Positions 30,355-40,010 of a DNA stretch of 49,718 nucleotides are shown in pieces (the first letter of the stretch is position 1; every line of letters starts with the position of its first letter). A program made the position numbers and the translations under genes. Location of the stretch: the NCBI GenBank assembly GCA_026395955.1, contig JAPLXR010000005.1, positions 1 through 49,718 of the forward strand, given 5' to 3'. This DNA comes from Candidatus Nomurabacteria bacterium. Its GTDB lineage: Bacteria > Patescibacteriota > Minisyncoccia > Phycocordibacterales > UBA9973. The notes beneath the pieces were generated by a model that was not told where the DNA came from, ran no database searches, and saw only the letters and a list, made by a program, of their open reading frames with translations.

Positions 30355-30822
30355 ATGAAAAAAATATTTAAAAAAGACTTTGTAAATAAAAATTTAGTAA
30401 AAATTATTGTATCCCTTATTTTATTTATGGCGATAATTATATATTCTATTTTTACATATCATAATTATCGTTCAATGCAAAATGCTGTACAAACTACACT
30501 TGAATCTATAAATAGTGCTCATAATAAATCTTTTTCTTCAATAAATTCAGACCCTTTTGGTGTTCATTTAGAAAAAAATGAAATAATAATTTTTTCAGGA
30601 GAAAATTATTATACTAATAATAGTTTAAATGAAATTTTTCCCATAAAAAATGGTGCAAGTATTTCAAATGTAGTTTTAAATGGTATTAGTTCTAATTCAG
30701 GAGATATATCTTTCCAGAAAATTACTGGAATTCCAAATAAAACAGGAAATATAAATATTACAGTGGGTAATAAAACTAAAGTTATAAATATAAACTCTAT
30801 AGGTCTAGCTAATATGAATTAG
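30355..30822 (+). CDS. FimT/GspH-like minor pilin, atypical N-terminus
   Basis: N-terminal TM; FGVHL; C-terminal ISFQKITG...ININSIG. Canonical G/FTLIE site is absent. Confidence 0.55.
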   Translation: MKKIFKKDFVNKNLVKIIVSLILFMAIIIYSIFTYHNYRSMQNAVQTTLESINSAHNKSFSSINSDPFGVHLEKNEIIIFSGENYYTNNSLNEIFPIKNGASISNVVLNGISSNSGDISFQKITGIPNKTGNINITVGNKTKVININSIGLANMN

Positions 30823-32294
30823 TTTTTTAATTCTTGCCAAGATAGTATTTGATACTGACTAGAAGTAAGAGGGAAACTAGGTGGTGGTGCATATAGTAGA
30901 TTTCCATCATAATTAATATTTCTAGTAGAGTATCCAGAACTCGCAGGACTACCATAAGCAAATCCATATCTGAGATTTGAAGCTATCATTCCATATAAAG
31001 TGAGACTAGATCTGAGTACATAACTAGCATTACAACTAGCTCCTACATAGTAAAATCTACCTACAGAGTTGTGTTGTGCCATTAATGCACCATCTATTGT
31101 TAAAGTATTTGCACTGACCATGCCTACATCTACTCCGCCTTGAGCAACAATACCTAGGGAATCGGTACCATCAAAATTTGTATATAATAAATTATTATTT
31201 ATTATTATATTTTTATATAGTGTTGTGTCTGATGGTTCTGGTAATGTAGCTGCAACAATAGTTAGACGTGCCCCATTTATTTGTCCATCAATTACAGTAT
31301 GATCTTGAAGAAAAATTACTCCATTGACTGGAAATGGATAGTTTCCTTGTATGCTTTCTGAATTTACACTCCAAGTCAAACCTAATGGATTTGATGTAAG
31401 GTCAACTGTGCAAGCATTAGGATTTCCTGGAAGTGGAACCCAACTATTTATTTTATATAAATCAAAAGTATCATTTGTTTTTAAAACTATATGATATCCT
31501 ACAAAACCACTACCAGCTGCGTCTCTATAAAATCCATTTGTAGTTTGAGCTGCTGTTTTTAAAGTAGCTATATCATTACTAAAACCAGAAAAATCAATTA
31601 ATGGTACACTCATTTTTCTTCCAGCAGCAAATACGTCTGAGTGAGCTTGAAGTGTTCCATTTGGTGCTGGGTCTTGAGTTGCGACACAAGTGTGTACTCC
31701 ATATGAACTAGATGTACATCTATCACTATCAGTATCTGTATATGTAGCAGCACCACTACTGACTAAACTATGAGCAAGACCGTCAAAACGAATGCCTCCA
31801 TTTACACGAATAGTTCCATAAACTTCAGTACCTACACCGAAACGCATTGCTGCATTTCCGGCAAAAGAATTTTCAGCAACTGAAGGTTTTGATACTCTAC
31901 TTTCTATTATTCTTTGTTGTGTCATATCAGCAGTAGCTTTTCCTACTGATTTTATTTTAACAAGTGTAGATCCTGTTCCTGGTGGAGTAATAGTTAAAGA
32001 AAATTGCCCCACTGTATTTCCGTCTTTATCGATCAGAGAATGTACATATGGGCCTGATGTACCAGTACCATCTTGAAAATCTATTGAATTATGAGCTAAA
32101 TGCCAACGATAGTAGTCTATACCTGCTTCTGCTGATTGTATTGCTTGTTCACGGTTGAATGTTGTTTTACCTGCTTTTAAAGTAGTTGCCGCCCAGCTAG
32201 CAAGAGCAGAAATCATAATTACAGATACAGCAGCAAAGACTACTAATTGTAATAATATTGATCCTTTATTTTTATTTTTAAAATTTTTAAACAT
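30819..32294 (-). CDS. PilX-like minor pilin
   Basis: KG/SILL prepilin-like N-terminus, AIQSAEAGI, and C-terminal YDGNLLYAPPPSFP. Confidence 0.75.
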   Translation of the reverse strand: MFKNFKNKNKGSILLQLVVFAAVSVIMISALASWAATTLKAGKTTFNREQAIQSAEAGIDYYRWHLAHNSIDFQDGTGTSGPYVHSLIDKDGNTVGQFSLTITPPGTGSTLVKIKSVGKATADMTQQRIIESRVSKPSVAENSFAGNAAMRFGVGTEVYGTIRVNGGIRFDGLAHSLVSSGAATYTDTDSDRCTSSSYGVHTCVATQDPAPNGTLQAHSDVFAAGRKMSVPLIDFSGFSNDIATLKTAAQTTNGFYRDAAGSGFVGYHIVLKTNDTFDLYKINSWVPLPGNPNACTVDLTSNPLGLTWSVNSESIQGNYPFPVNGVIFLQDHTVIDGQINGARLTIVAATLPEPSDTTLYKNIIINNNLLYTNFDGTDSLGIVAQGGVDVGMVSANTLTIDGALMAQHNSVGRFYYVGASCNASYVLRSSLTLYGMIASNLRYGFAYGSPASSGYSTRNINYDGNLLYAPPPSFPLTSSQYQILSWQELKN

Positions 32295-32908
32295 TATAAA
32301 TTATCTTTTACATTTCTAAGTGAAATTTGTGTGGTAAATGTAATTGGAGCAGGTGGTAGGTTTGGATTATCATCTAATGTAAGTGTTATTTTTACTAAAC
32401 GTACAACTGAGACGTCGAGAGGAATAGTCAAAGCAGCTGTTGTTCCATCGTAATTAGTATCATAATAATTAAATATTGTAGCTGTATTTGTTACGTTTGT
32501 AAGGAGTGTAGTAACTGTTTCTGTTCCTGTATAGCCTAAAGGTGATCCCGTTGGAATCAATGTTCCTTTTTGCAAAGATGACCCATTCATAAAATATCTG
32601 ATTCTTTCTTTTAATCCATCACCATTTATGTCTGAAAAAAAAGTAAAACTAGTAGCACTGGCTTGGTTTACAGCATAGGATCCATTGTTTGCAGCAGATG
32701 CTGTACGTATTTCAGCCTCCATCATTTTTATTGCCTTTTTACCTGCAGCCACATTTGTGAAGCCTTTTGATATTGTCGAGTTGTAAGTCCAAATATTTCT
32801 AGCTAGTAATGTTAAAGCTATTAAAATTATAACAAATATGGCAGTACTTACAGCCATTTCTATTAAAGTAAAACCCTTATTACTATTTCTTTTAAGTCTT
32901 TTTTTCAT
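32294..32908 (-). CDS. PilW/PulJ-like prepilin
   Basis: KG/FTLIEM class III signal. Confidence 0.8.
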   Translation of the reverse strand: MKKRLKRNSNKGFTLIEMAVSTAIFVIILIALTLLARNIWTYNSTISKGFTNVAAGKKAIKMMEAEIRTASAANNGSYAVNQASATSFTFFSDINGDGLKERIRYFMNGSSLQKGTLIPTGSPLGYTGTETVTTLLTNVTNTATIFNYYDTNYDGTTAALTIPLDVSVVRLVKITLTLDDNPNLPPAPITFTTQISLRNVKDNL

Positions 32909-32909
32909 A

Positions 32910-34241
32910 TTATGGTGTTAATGTTACTATTTGATTTTTCCATGCAGTCGAAATACTCAAAGCACTGTTTGTGTTTGTTTGATAACCTATTTTTGAAACA
33001 GTCAAAGTATATGTTCCGCTCGCAAGTCCATTCCAAAAAGTTTGTCCTGGTGTAGCACATGCTCCACTGTTTGTTGTTTTTGTTTGATTAAAACCTGTTT
33101 TTGTTAATGTTACTGTTGCTCCATCTATTGGGATATTATTTGCGTCTTTTACAGAAACTAAAAGTGCCATATTTACGTGCGGTACAGCTATTAATTGCAG
33201 AGAAGCTGTTGTATTTGGACTAAGTGAAAAAGTTGGTAGTAAACTTGCTCCAGCTAGATCATAAGAAGCTGATGTTAACAATGTAGAATAAGTATCCCAT
33301 TCTAAGCTCGGTACAGACAATATACCATTAGTATCAGTAGTAAAAGTGTGTGCTGTATACTTTAAGACTGATGGTGTACCTATTAATTTTGCACCAGTTA
33401 GAGAAAAACCAATACTAGGAGTAGCTACACAAGAAGCATTTACAGTAGAAACATTTAAAGTACTTAATCTGTCGATAGCAAAACTTAGTTGTGTTGTTTG
33501 TCCTGCAGTAACAGTGGAATCAGGTTTTACTGGTGTTGCTCCGGCAACTCCACCTATTGGATAAGTTTGGTCTTGAGAATATCCTGCTTTCGTAGCTGTA
33601 ATGTTGTATACGTTTGTTCCTGTTGGTGCATCAACAATTTTAAACCATCCTGTATTGTCTGTTGTTTCATCTATTGTTGTTGTGGGTGAGGTATGAGTAT
33701 TAACAATATGTATAGCTGCACCAGGAATAGAAACACCGCTTGCATCTATTACTTGCATATTTAGAACCCCATTTGTTGTTAATGTTTCAAGGGTTCTAGG
33801 AGCTATTAATGTTGTAAATCCCAATGGATTAAAGCTTTTACATCTAGGACATGTTATATCTAGATCTGCGAGCTTGTAGTCAGCAGGAGAGGTGTCATTC
33901 GGACTTCCTCCAAAAGTTCCATCGAAAGGGTCATCGATACTTCTGATTGTTGTTTGAACATTGAAAGCAAAACCATTTCTAGTTAATGTTTGAGTTCTAG
34001 GAATTTTACCTACCGGTATTCCAGCTACTACTCCTACATTGCTATAAGGTAGATTCCTTATTATTTCGAATTCTTCGTTGGCTAATGCTGTAGCTGTCAC
34101 TTTTGCTTTTGAAGATATTACAGCAGTCATTAATGTATCAAAAACTTGATAACAAGCAAGCACAACAATAGCAAAGACAGCAACACCAATCATTGTTTCT
34201 ATTAAAGTAAAACCATTTTTCCTGTTAGATTTGGAATTCAT
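32910..34241 (-). CDS. prepilin (PilV-like) with carboxypeptidase-regulatory-like domains
   Basis: NG/FTLIET; YNITATKAGY and YTLTVSKIGY beta-sandwich repeats. Confidence 0.8.
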   Translation of the reverse strand: MNSKSNRKNGFTLIETMIGVAVFAIVVLACYQVFDTLMTAVISSKAKVTATALANEEFEIIRNLPYSNVGVVAGIPVGKIPRTQTLTRNGFAFNVQTTIRSIDDPFDGTFGGSPNDTSPADYKLADLDITCPRCKSFNPLGFTTLIAPRTLETLTTNGVLNMQVIDASGVSIPGAAIHIVNTHTSPTTTIDETTDNTGWFKIVDAPTGTNVYNITATKAGYSQDQTYPIGGVAGATPVKPDSTVTAGQTTQLSFAIDRLSTLNVSTVNASCVATPSIGFSLTGAKLIGTPSVLKYTAHTFTTDTNGILSVPSLEWDTYSTLLTSASYDLAGASLLPTFSLSPNTTASLQLIAVPHVNMALLVSVKDANNIPIDGATVTLTKTGFNQTKTTNSGACATPGQTFWNGLASGTYTLTVSKIGYQTNTNSALSISTAWKNQIVTLTP

Positions 34242-34282
34242 AACTTATCTATATTTTATCATATTGTGATATAATTTGTCCT

Positions 34283-35035
34283 ATGAATAAAAAGATTATT
34301 ATTGCTAATTGGAAGATGAATCCTTTGTCTGCAAAAGAAGCTATAAAAATAGCAAAAGGCACAGATTTAAAGGGTGTGATTTTATGTGCTCCTACGATTT
34401 ATTTAAAAGTTATTAAAAAAGTTATTAAAAAAGCTAAACTCGGATCACAAAATGTCTCAGTTGAGAATCCTTTGTCTGGAGTTGGTGCATTTACCGGAGA
34501 AGTTTCAGCTAAAATGCTTTATGATATTGGATCTAGATATACTATAGTCGGTCATTCTGAAAGACGTGCTATGGGTGAGACTAATCAAATAATAAATAAA
34601 AAAATTAAAGTTTTAATAGATACTGCTATTACACCAGTATTGTGTATTGGTGAAATAGAAAGAGATGAGAATCATGAATATTTAAATATTGTTAAGCATC
34701 AGATAGAAGAATGTCTATTTGGTTTAAATAAAAATTTATTATCAAAAATAATTATTGCTTATGAACCTGTTTGGGCTATTGGTAAAAATGCACTTCGTGA
34801 AGCAACACCTGCAGAATTTCTAGAAATGAAAATATTTACAAAGAAAGTTCTAGTAAATATTTTTGGAGATAAAGTAGAGATGCCAGCGATGCTCTATGGT
34901 GGTTCTGTGGATGAGAAAAATACTAGATGGTTTGCAATAGACGGGGGAGCAGATGGTTTCCTTGTCGGACGTGCGAGTTTAGACCCAAAGAAATTTAAAG
35001 AAATTGTAAAAATATGCGAAACATTAAACAAATAA
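34283..35035 (+). CDS. tpiA: triosephosphate isomerase
   Basis: ANWKMN, GAFTGEVS, VGHSERR, AYEPVWAIG, LYGGSV, GFLVGRASL. Confidence 0.96.
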   Translation: MNKKIIIANWKMNPLSAKEAIKIAKGTDLKGVILCAPTIYLKVIKKVIKKAKLGSQNVSVENPLSGVGAFTGEVSAKMLYDIGSRYTIVGHSERRAMGETNQIINKKIKVLIDTAITPVLCIGEIERDENHEYLNIVKHQIEECLFGLNKNLLSKIIIAYEPVWAIGKNALREATPAEFLEMKIFTKKVLVNIFGDKVEMPAMLYGGSVDEKNTRWFAIDGGADGFLVGRASLDPKKFKEIVKICETLNK

Positions 35036-36132
35036 AAAATTTAAAAGGTAAAAAAGTTTTAGTGCGTGTTGATTTCAATGTGCCGATAAAAGATGGAAAA
35101 GTTGAAGATAATTTTAGAATACAAAAAGCCTTACCAACAATAAATTTTTTATCTAAAAAAGGTGCAAAAGTTATTTTGATTACTCATTTAGGTAAGGGTG
35201 GAGAAACATTGTTACCAGTTTCTAGGTCTTTGAATAAATTTATAAAAGCTAAATTTGTACCAGAAATTATTGGTAGTAACACTACAAAATCTGTTGCTGA
35301 TATGAAAAACGGGGACGTTATTTTACTTGAGAATTTACGTAATGAAAAAGGTGAACAAGGTAAAGATAAAATCTTTGCTATGAATTTAGCAAAACTTGCA
35401 GATATCTATATAAATGAAGCTTTTCCTGTGTCTCATCGCGAAGATACTTCTATTGTTTTATTACCAAAATTACTACCAGCTTATGCTGGATTTCAATTAG
35501 AGAATGAAGTAAAAAATCTTTCAAAAGCGATAAAAAACACTAAACATCCTTTTCTATTTATTCTCGGCGGTGCAAAGTTTTCTACAAAAATGCCTTTGAT
35601 TAAAAAATATTTAAAACTTGCTGACCATATATTTATCGGTGGGGCTTTACTAAATGACTTTATAAAAGCTAAAGGTTTCGAAGTAGGGCAATCTTTAGTC
35701 GATGAAAATAATTACGGTATAGATAAAATAATTAAAAATAAAAAATTAATTATTCCTGACTATGTAATTGTTAGAAATGGAGATGGAGTAATGATTGAAA
35801 AAACTATAGCAGACATCTATAAAGACGATACTATTTTAGATGTTGGTATTGAATCAGTAAAATTACTTGAACCAATTATAAAAAAATCAAAACTTATTCT
35901 CTGGAATGGGCCACTCGGTAAATACGAAGATGGTGGAGCAAAAGCTACAAAAGAAGTTTTAAAAATGATATCTAAGACTAAAACTGAAAGTATAATCGGG
36001 GGAGGTGATACTGTAGAGCTTATTAATGAAATGAAAATGGAAGACAAATTCTCTTTTGTTTCTACTGGAGGAGGCGCAACATTAGATTTCCTTGCTAACG
36101 GAACTTTGCCAGGAATTAAAGCATTGAAATAA
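35014..36132 (+). CDS. pgk: phosphoglycerate kinase
   Basis: LVRVDFNVP, LLENLR, LGGAK, WNGPLG, GGGDT, VSTGGGA. Confidence 0.96.
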   Translation: MRNIKQIKNLKGKKVLVRVDFNVPIKDGKVEDNFRIQKALPTINFLSKKGAKVILITHLGKGGETLLPVSRSLNKFIKAKFVPEIIGSNTTKSVADMKNGDVILLENLRNEKGEQGKDKIFAMNLAKLADIYINEAFPVSHREDTSIVLLPKLLPAYAGFQLENEVKNLSKAIKNTKHPFLFILGGAKFSTKMPLIKKYLKLADHIFIGGALLNDFIKAKGFEVGQSLVDENNYGIDKIIKNKKLIIPDYVIVRNGDGVMIEKTIADIYKDDTILDVGIESVKLLEPIIKKSKLILWNGPLGKYEDGGAKATKEVLKMISKTKTESIIGGGDTVELINEMKMEDKFSFVSTGGGATLDFLANGTLPGIKALK

Positions 36133-36133
36133 A

Positions 36134-36547
36134 TTATTTAATCTCTTTTGAAATAAGTTCTGCTATTTCTTTTTTTTCTTTGTCTGTATAGCCTTCTTTG
36201 CTGTGCCACATATCTAATCCGTCATTGTCGTATCTAGGTATTATATGTATGTGTGTATGAAAAACTCTTTGTCCTGCGGCATGATTGTTGTTCATGTGAA
36301 CATTTATACCATCTGCTTTCATTGTGGTTTTTATTGCAATACTTATTTTTTTAGCTATTTTTATTATTTCAGATAAATTTTCATCAGAAGTTTCATATAT
36401 GTTTTGAGAATGCTCCTTTGGAATTATAAGAGTATGACCTTTGTTTATAGGCTCTATATCTAGAAAAGCTAGAACCTTATCATTTTCATAGATTTTGGTG
36501 CAAGGTATTTCACCTTTTATTATTTTGCAGAAAATGCAGTTATCCAT
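36134..36547 (-). CDS. HIT family protein
   Basis: CIFCKII, GHTLIIPK, HTHIHIIPR. Confidence 0.92.
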   Translation of the reverse strand: MDNCIFCKIIKGEIPCTKIYENDKVLAFLDIEPINKGHTLIIPKEHSQNIYETSDENLSEIIKIAKKISIAIKTTMKADGINVHMNNNHAAGQRVFHTHIHIIPRYDNDGLDMWHSKEGYTDKEKKEIAELISKEIK

Positions 36548-36584
36548 ATGAATTTATTATATATTATAAAATAAAAAAACGGTA

Positions 36585-37118
36585 CTATGTACCGTTTTTA
36601 ATTTTTCCTTTTCTTGAATCTATTTCGTCTCTAATTTTGCTAGCTTTTTCATAGTTCTCTTTTGTTAGTGCGTTTTGAAGAATCTTTTGAAGATTTTCAG
36701 TACGAGCTTTTTTGAAATCTTTTTCTTCTATATTATCTCCATAATATCCTAGTTTTGAAACAGATTTAGTTATTATGATGGGTATTTTATAATGTATAGA
36801 AAGAATAATAGCATGGGCAATAATATAATCTGCTTCATAGCCACATATATCAATTTTTGCATATAATTTACCCTCACTATTTTTCTTAATATTTATACTA
36901 AAAATATCAGCCTCAAGCGTCTCAAGAGTATTACCCAAAGAGTAACTTATATCACATGTACCATTTTTTATTTCAGATTCAATTTCTGTTGTATATAAAA
37001 AAGATGTTTCAATTTCTAATTGAAATGCACTTGTTGGTTCTTTAAGAATAATAATATCTAAACTATTATCTTCATCGTCATTTTTAATGATTTTGAAATA
37101 CTCCATTTCACGTTTCAT
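36585..37118 (-). CDS. divergent bifunctional-nuclease (DUF151)-like protein with UvrB/C (UVR) domain
   Basis: IIILKE, G.LYAKI, AIILSIHYKIPI and C-terminal LQNALTKENYEKASKIRDEI. Promoter TTGACA, 17 bp, TATTAT at 37180-37152. Confidence 0.65.
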   Translation of the reverse strand: MKREMEYFKIIKNDDEDNSLDIIILKEPTSAFQLEIETSFLYTTEIESEIKNGTCDISYSLGNTLETLEADIFSINIKKNSEGKLYAKIDICGYEADYIIAHAIILSIHYKIPIIITKSVSKLGYYGDNIEEKDFKKARTENLQKILQNALTKENYEKASKIRDEIDSRKGKIKNGT

Positions 37119-37216
37119 GACATTTAGTTTTAAAGGTTTATATCTATTACTATAATAGTACTCATATTTATTATTGTCAAAAGTATTATTAGTTATTTTT
37201 ATGTTAATATAATCCT

Positions 37217-38971
37217 ATGACTAGCTCAGAATTACTCGATAAATTACTCGAAAAAAGAGGTTTACACACAAAAGAAGACAAAGAAAGTTTTTTAAATCCT
37301 AATTATGAGCGGGATATTTTAGACCCTTTTTTGATGCGTGATATGCAGAAATCCTGTGAACGTATTTTATCTGCGATACAAAACAATGAGAAGATTTTGA
37401 TATATGCCGACTACGACTGTGACGGTATACCAGGAGCAGTTATTTTAAATGATTTGTTTGAAAAGTTAGAATACAAAAATTTTGATGTGTATATTCCTCA
37501 GAGAAATTCTGAAGGGTATGGTTTAAATACTGAATCAGTTGAGAGAATGAAAGAAGACGGAGTGAAAGTTTTAATAACTATCGACCTCGGTATCACAGCT
37601 ATAGAAGAAGTTGCTGATGCACAAAAGCACGGTATCGATGTGATCGTGACGGATCACCATTTACCTCATGCAGAAATTCCAAAAGCTTTTGCAATTTTAA
37701 ATCCAAAGTGCGATGACTATCCAGAAAAAATGCTTTGTGGTGCTGGAGTGGCTTTCAAATTAGCGCAAGGATTTTTAAAATATTTGAAAGGATCAGGGCT
37801 TTCCTTTTCTTCGCCTGCGGAACTCGCTTCGCTCAAACAGTCCTCGGTGTCAGAAAAGCAAATCCCTACTCCTTTTATTCCAATAGAAATTCAGGCTGGC
37901 TGGGATAAATGGCTTCTCGATATGGCAGGACTCGCAACGCTTTCAGATATGGTTCCACTTCTCGGAGAAAATAGAGCGATAGCGTATTTCGGTATGAAAG
38001 TTTTAAAGAAGTCTCCACGCCCAGGACTGAAAGCACTTTTGCGAAAAACAAAAATTGCGCAAGAATATCTCACTGAAGATGATATCGGTTTTATGATTAC
38101 TCCACGATTAAATGCTGCGTCACGTATGGATGATCCACGCAGAGCTTTTGAATTACTAGCAACGAAAGATACAGCAGAAGGGGAAACACTTGCGAACCAC
38201 CTTTCAAATATAAATGATGAAAGAAAAAATCTTGTGAAAAGTATTATGCGAGATATAAATAAAAAATTTGAGAAAAGAGAACACACAGAAGTCATCGTCA
38301 TCGGTAATCCTACATGGAAAGTCGGCGTGCTCGGACTCATTGCTGGGAAAATTACAGATGAATATAAACGCCCAGCCTTTGTGTGGGGACGAGATGAGAA
38401 TGATGTTATAAAGGGTTCCTGCCGTTCTGATGGCTCGGTATCCGTCGTAGAACTAATGACTGAGACAAAAGAGCATTTCACAGAATTCGGTGGGCATGAG
38501 GGCGCAGGAGGATTTTCTGTTCATAATGATAAGATTCATTTCCTTGAAGAAGCACTTTGTAAATCTTTTATAAAAGTTTTTGAGAGCGGGAAAAGGCAAG
38601 ACCTTAAGGGGGCCCAAGGTCTTGCCTTGAGGAGCGATCTCACTTTAACTCTCGATGACATCAGTATGCAGAATTGGAAAGAAATAGAAAAAATGGCACC
38701 ATTTGGACTCGCGAATCCGAAGCCAATGTTTTTATTTGAAAATATTCCCGTTACGGCTATGAAAAAATTCGGCAAAGCTGAGGAGCATTTGGAATTTATG
38801 TTTACAAATTCTCGCGGACAAAAGATAAAAGCTATTTCTTTTTTCTCTACACCTGAATCTTTTACAAAAACTCCTGCTGTCGGCGAACCAATATCACTCC
38901 TCGCCACTTTCGACCTTTCCCGCTTCGCCGGTCGTGTCGAACTTCGTCTCCGAGTGGAAGATATTATTTAA
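37217..38971 (+). CDS. recJ: ssDNA exonuclease RecJ
   Basis: DYDCDG, EGYGL, VTDHH, LCGAGVAFKL, PRLNAASRM, GSCRS, FGGHEGAGG. Confidence 0.95.
   Translation: MTSSELLDKLLEKRGLHTKEDKESFLNPNYERDILDPFLMRDMQKSCERILSAIQNNEKILIYADYDCDGIPGAVILNDLFEKLEYKNFDVYIPQRNSEGYGLNTESVERMKEDGVKVLITIDLGITAIEEVADAQKHGIDVIVTDHHLPHAEIPKAFAILNPKCDDYPEKMLCGAGVAFKLAQGFLKYLKGSGLSFSSPAELASLKQSSVSEKQIPTPFIPIEIQAGWDKWLLDMAGLATLSDMVPLLGENRAIAYFGMKVLKKSPRPGLKALLRKTKIAQEYLTEDDIGFMITPRLNAASRMDDPRRAFELLATKDTAEGETLANHLSNINDERKNLVKSIMRDINKKFEKREHTEVIVIGNPTWKVGVLGLIAGKITDEYKRPAFVWGRDENDVIKGSCRSDGSVSVVELMTETKEHFTEFGGHEGAGGFSVHNDKIHFLEEALCKSFIKVFESGKRQDLKGAQGLALRSDLTLTLDDISMQNWKEIEKMAPFGLANPKPMFLFENIPVTAMKKFGKAEEHLEFMFTNSRGQKIKAISFFSTPESFTKTPAVGEPISLLATFDLSRFAGRVELRLRVEDII
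37787..37875. repeat. ~88-bp structured palindromic element, copy 1, in-frame in recJ
   Basis: Long terminal stem around the core CTGCGGAACTCGCTTCGCTCAAACAGTCCTCG; core 38/42 identical to copy 2. Confidence 0.8.
38591..38628. repeat. 38-bp palindromic element in-frame in recJ
   Basis: AAGGCAAGACCTT-aagggggccc-AAGGTCTTGCCTT; related to 40678-40715. Confidence 0.75.
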
Positions 38972-38988
38972 GATAAAAATTTGTTATA

Positions 38989-39034
38989 AAAATAAATGTT
39001 AACTACTTCTGCTATCGCTGAGTTATTTAACATT
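38989..39034. repeat. 46-bp palindromic site at the 3' end of the PaaX/Cas2-like gene
   Basis: AAAATAAATGTTAACTACTTCTGCTATCGCTGAGTTATTTAACATT; 40/46 identical to 39527-39572. Confidence 0.85.
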
Positions 39035-39505
39035 ATATGCCTTGGCTAATTTAAAAGTTTTGACGGCATCTTTTAGGTGAATCTTTTTTAAATATTCCAT
39101 AAATTCTTTTGGAAGTGGGGAAGGACCGACCCAGACACTTCGCTGGATCATAACATAACTAAATTTTTTCAAATGCCAGCGGAACCACTCTCTTTCCGCT
39201 TTTTGTGTTTCAGGAATATCAAACATAACAATTAGATTTTTAGGTGTGTCTTTTGAAAAATGATTCTCAAATTGACTCAATGATTCCGCTTTCTTTTTCA
39301 TATAATTTTTCCCTGTAAGAGTAATATGCCAGCCTTTGTCGGTATTTTCAATCAGACCCTTTGTTTTCATATAAGAAAGCGTCGAACGCATGTTTCCATA
39401 GGATTCATTTTTGAATTTTGGTAAACCAAAAATATTTACTTTTGTTCCTTTATAGGAAAGGGAAGTATTTTCCAGGGTTTCTAAAATTTTTTCTATTAGT
39501 TTCAT
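39023..39505 (-). CDS. PaaX-like wHTH plus Cas2-like domain protein
   Basis: wHTH segment RSTLSYMKTKGLIE...WHITLTG; Cas2/PaaX-like LIVMFDIPE, REWFRWHLKKFSYVMIQRSVWVGPSP. Confidence 0.8.
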   Translation of the reverse strand: MKLIEKILETLENTSLSYKGTKVNIFGLPKFKNESYGNMRSTLSYMKTKGLIENTDKGWHITLTGKNYMKKKAESLSQFENHFSKDTPKNLIVMFDIPETQKAEREWFRWHLKKFSYVMIQRSVWVGPSPLPKEFMEYLKKIHLKDAVKTFKLAKAYNVK

Positions 39506-39526
39506 AACTTAATTATATTATAAGTT

Positions 39527-39572
39527 AAAATAAATGTTAAGTCTTTTTGCTATAGCAGAGTTATTTAACATT
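39527..39572. repeat. 46-bp palindromic site upstream of the PaaX/Cas2-like gene
   Basis: AAAATAAATGTTAAGTCTTTTTGCTATAGCAGAGTTATTTAACATT; dyad centred on GCTA|TAGC with AATGTTAA/TTAACATT outer arms. Confidence 0.85.
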
Positions 39573-39648
39573 TTATATTTTGATATGGTATGTTTGACTT
39601 TAAATACAAAATATTTTACAGTTAAATAAATTGTAAAATATATGTATC

Positions 39649-39948
39649 ATGAAAAAAATAGCAAAGTCCTTTAAATTTCTTTGGTGCCCTCTCCAGAAAT
39701 TTTATAAGTTTTTTCACAAAGTGAAATCAAAAAATAGAGGAATTAAGTATGTAACTATTATTAATACTGGTCTAAAAAATGAACTTGGAGAAGTTATTTT
39801 TGAAACTGGTGAAAGTGGAGTTACATATATGACTGAACCAAAAGTAAAAAAAGCAGAAAAACAGTTAGGAGATTTTAAAAATTTTCTTAAGAGGGTACAA
39901 AAAATACCATCAAGAAATGATCCTTTTTGGTTCGAGCGATTTAATTAA
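39649..39948 (+). CDS. hypothetical basic protein (accessory cassette)
   Basis: 99 aa. Promoter TTGACT (39594), 17 bp, TACAGT; weak terminator at 39953-39978. Confidence 0.55.
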   Translation: MKKIAKSFKFLWCPLQKFYKFFHKVKSKNRGIKYVTIINTGLKNELGEVIFETGESGVTYMTEPKVKKAEKQLGDFKNFLKRVQKIPSRNDPFWFERFN

Positions 39949-40010
39949 AATTAAAAGATCTGAATAAGGTCTTTTTTTGTTTCTAAATATAATAATGTTA
40001 CAATTTAGAA

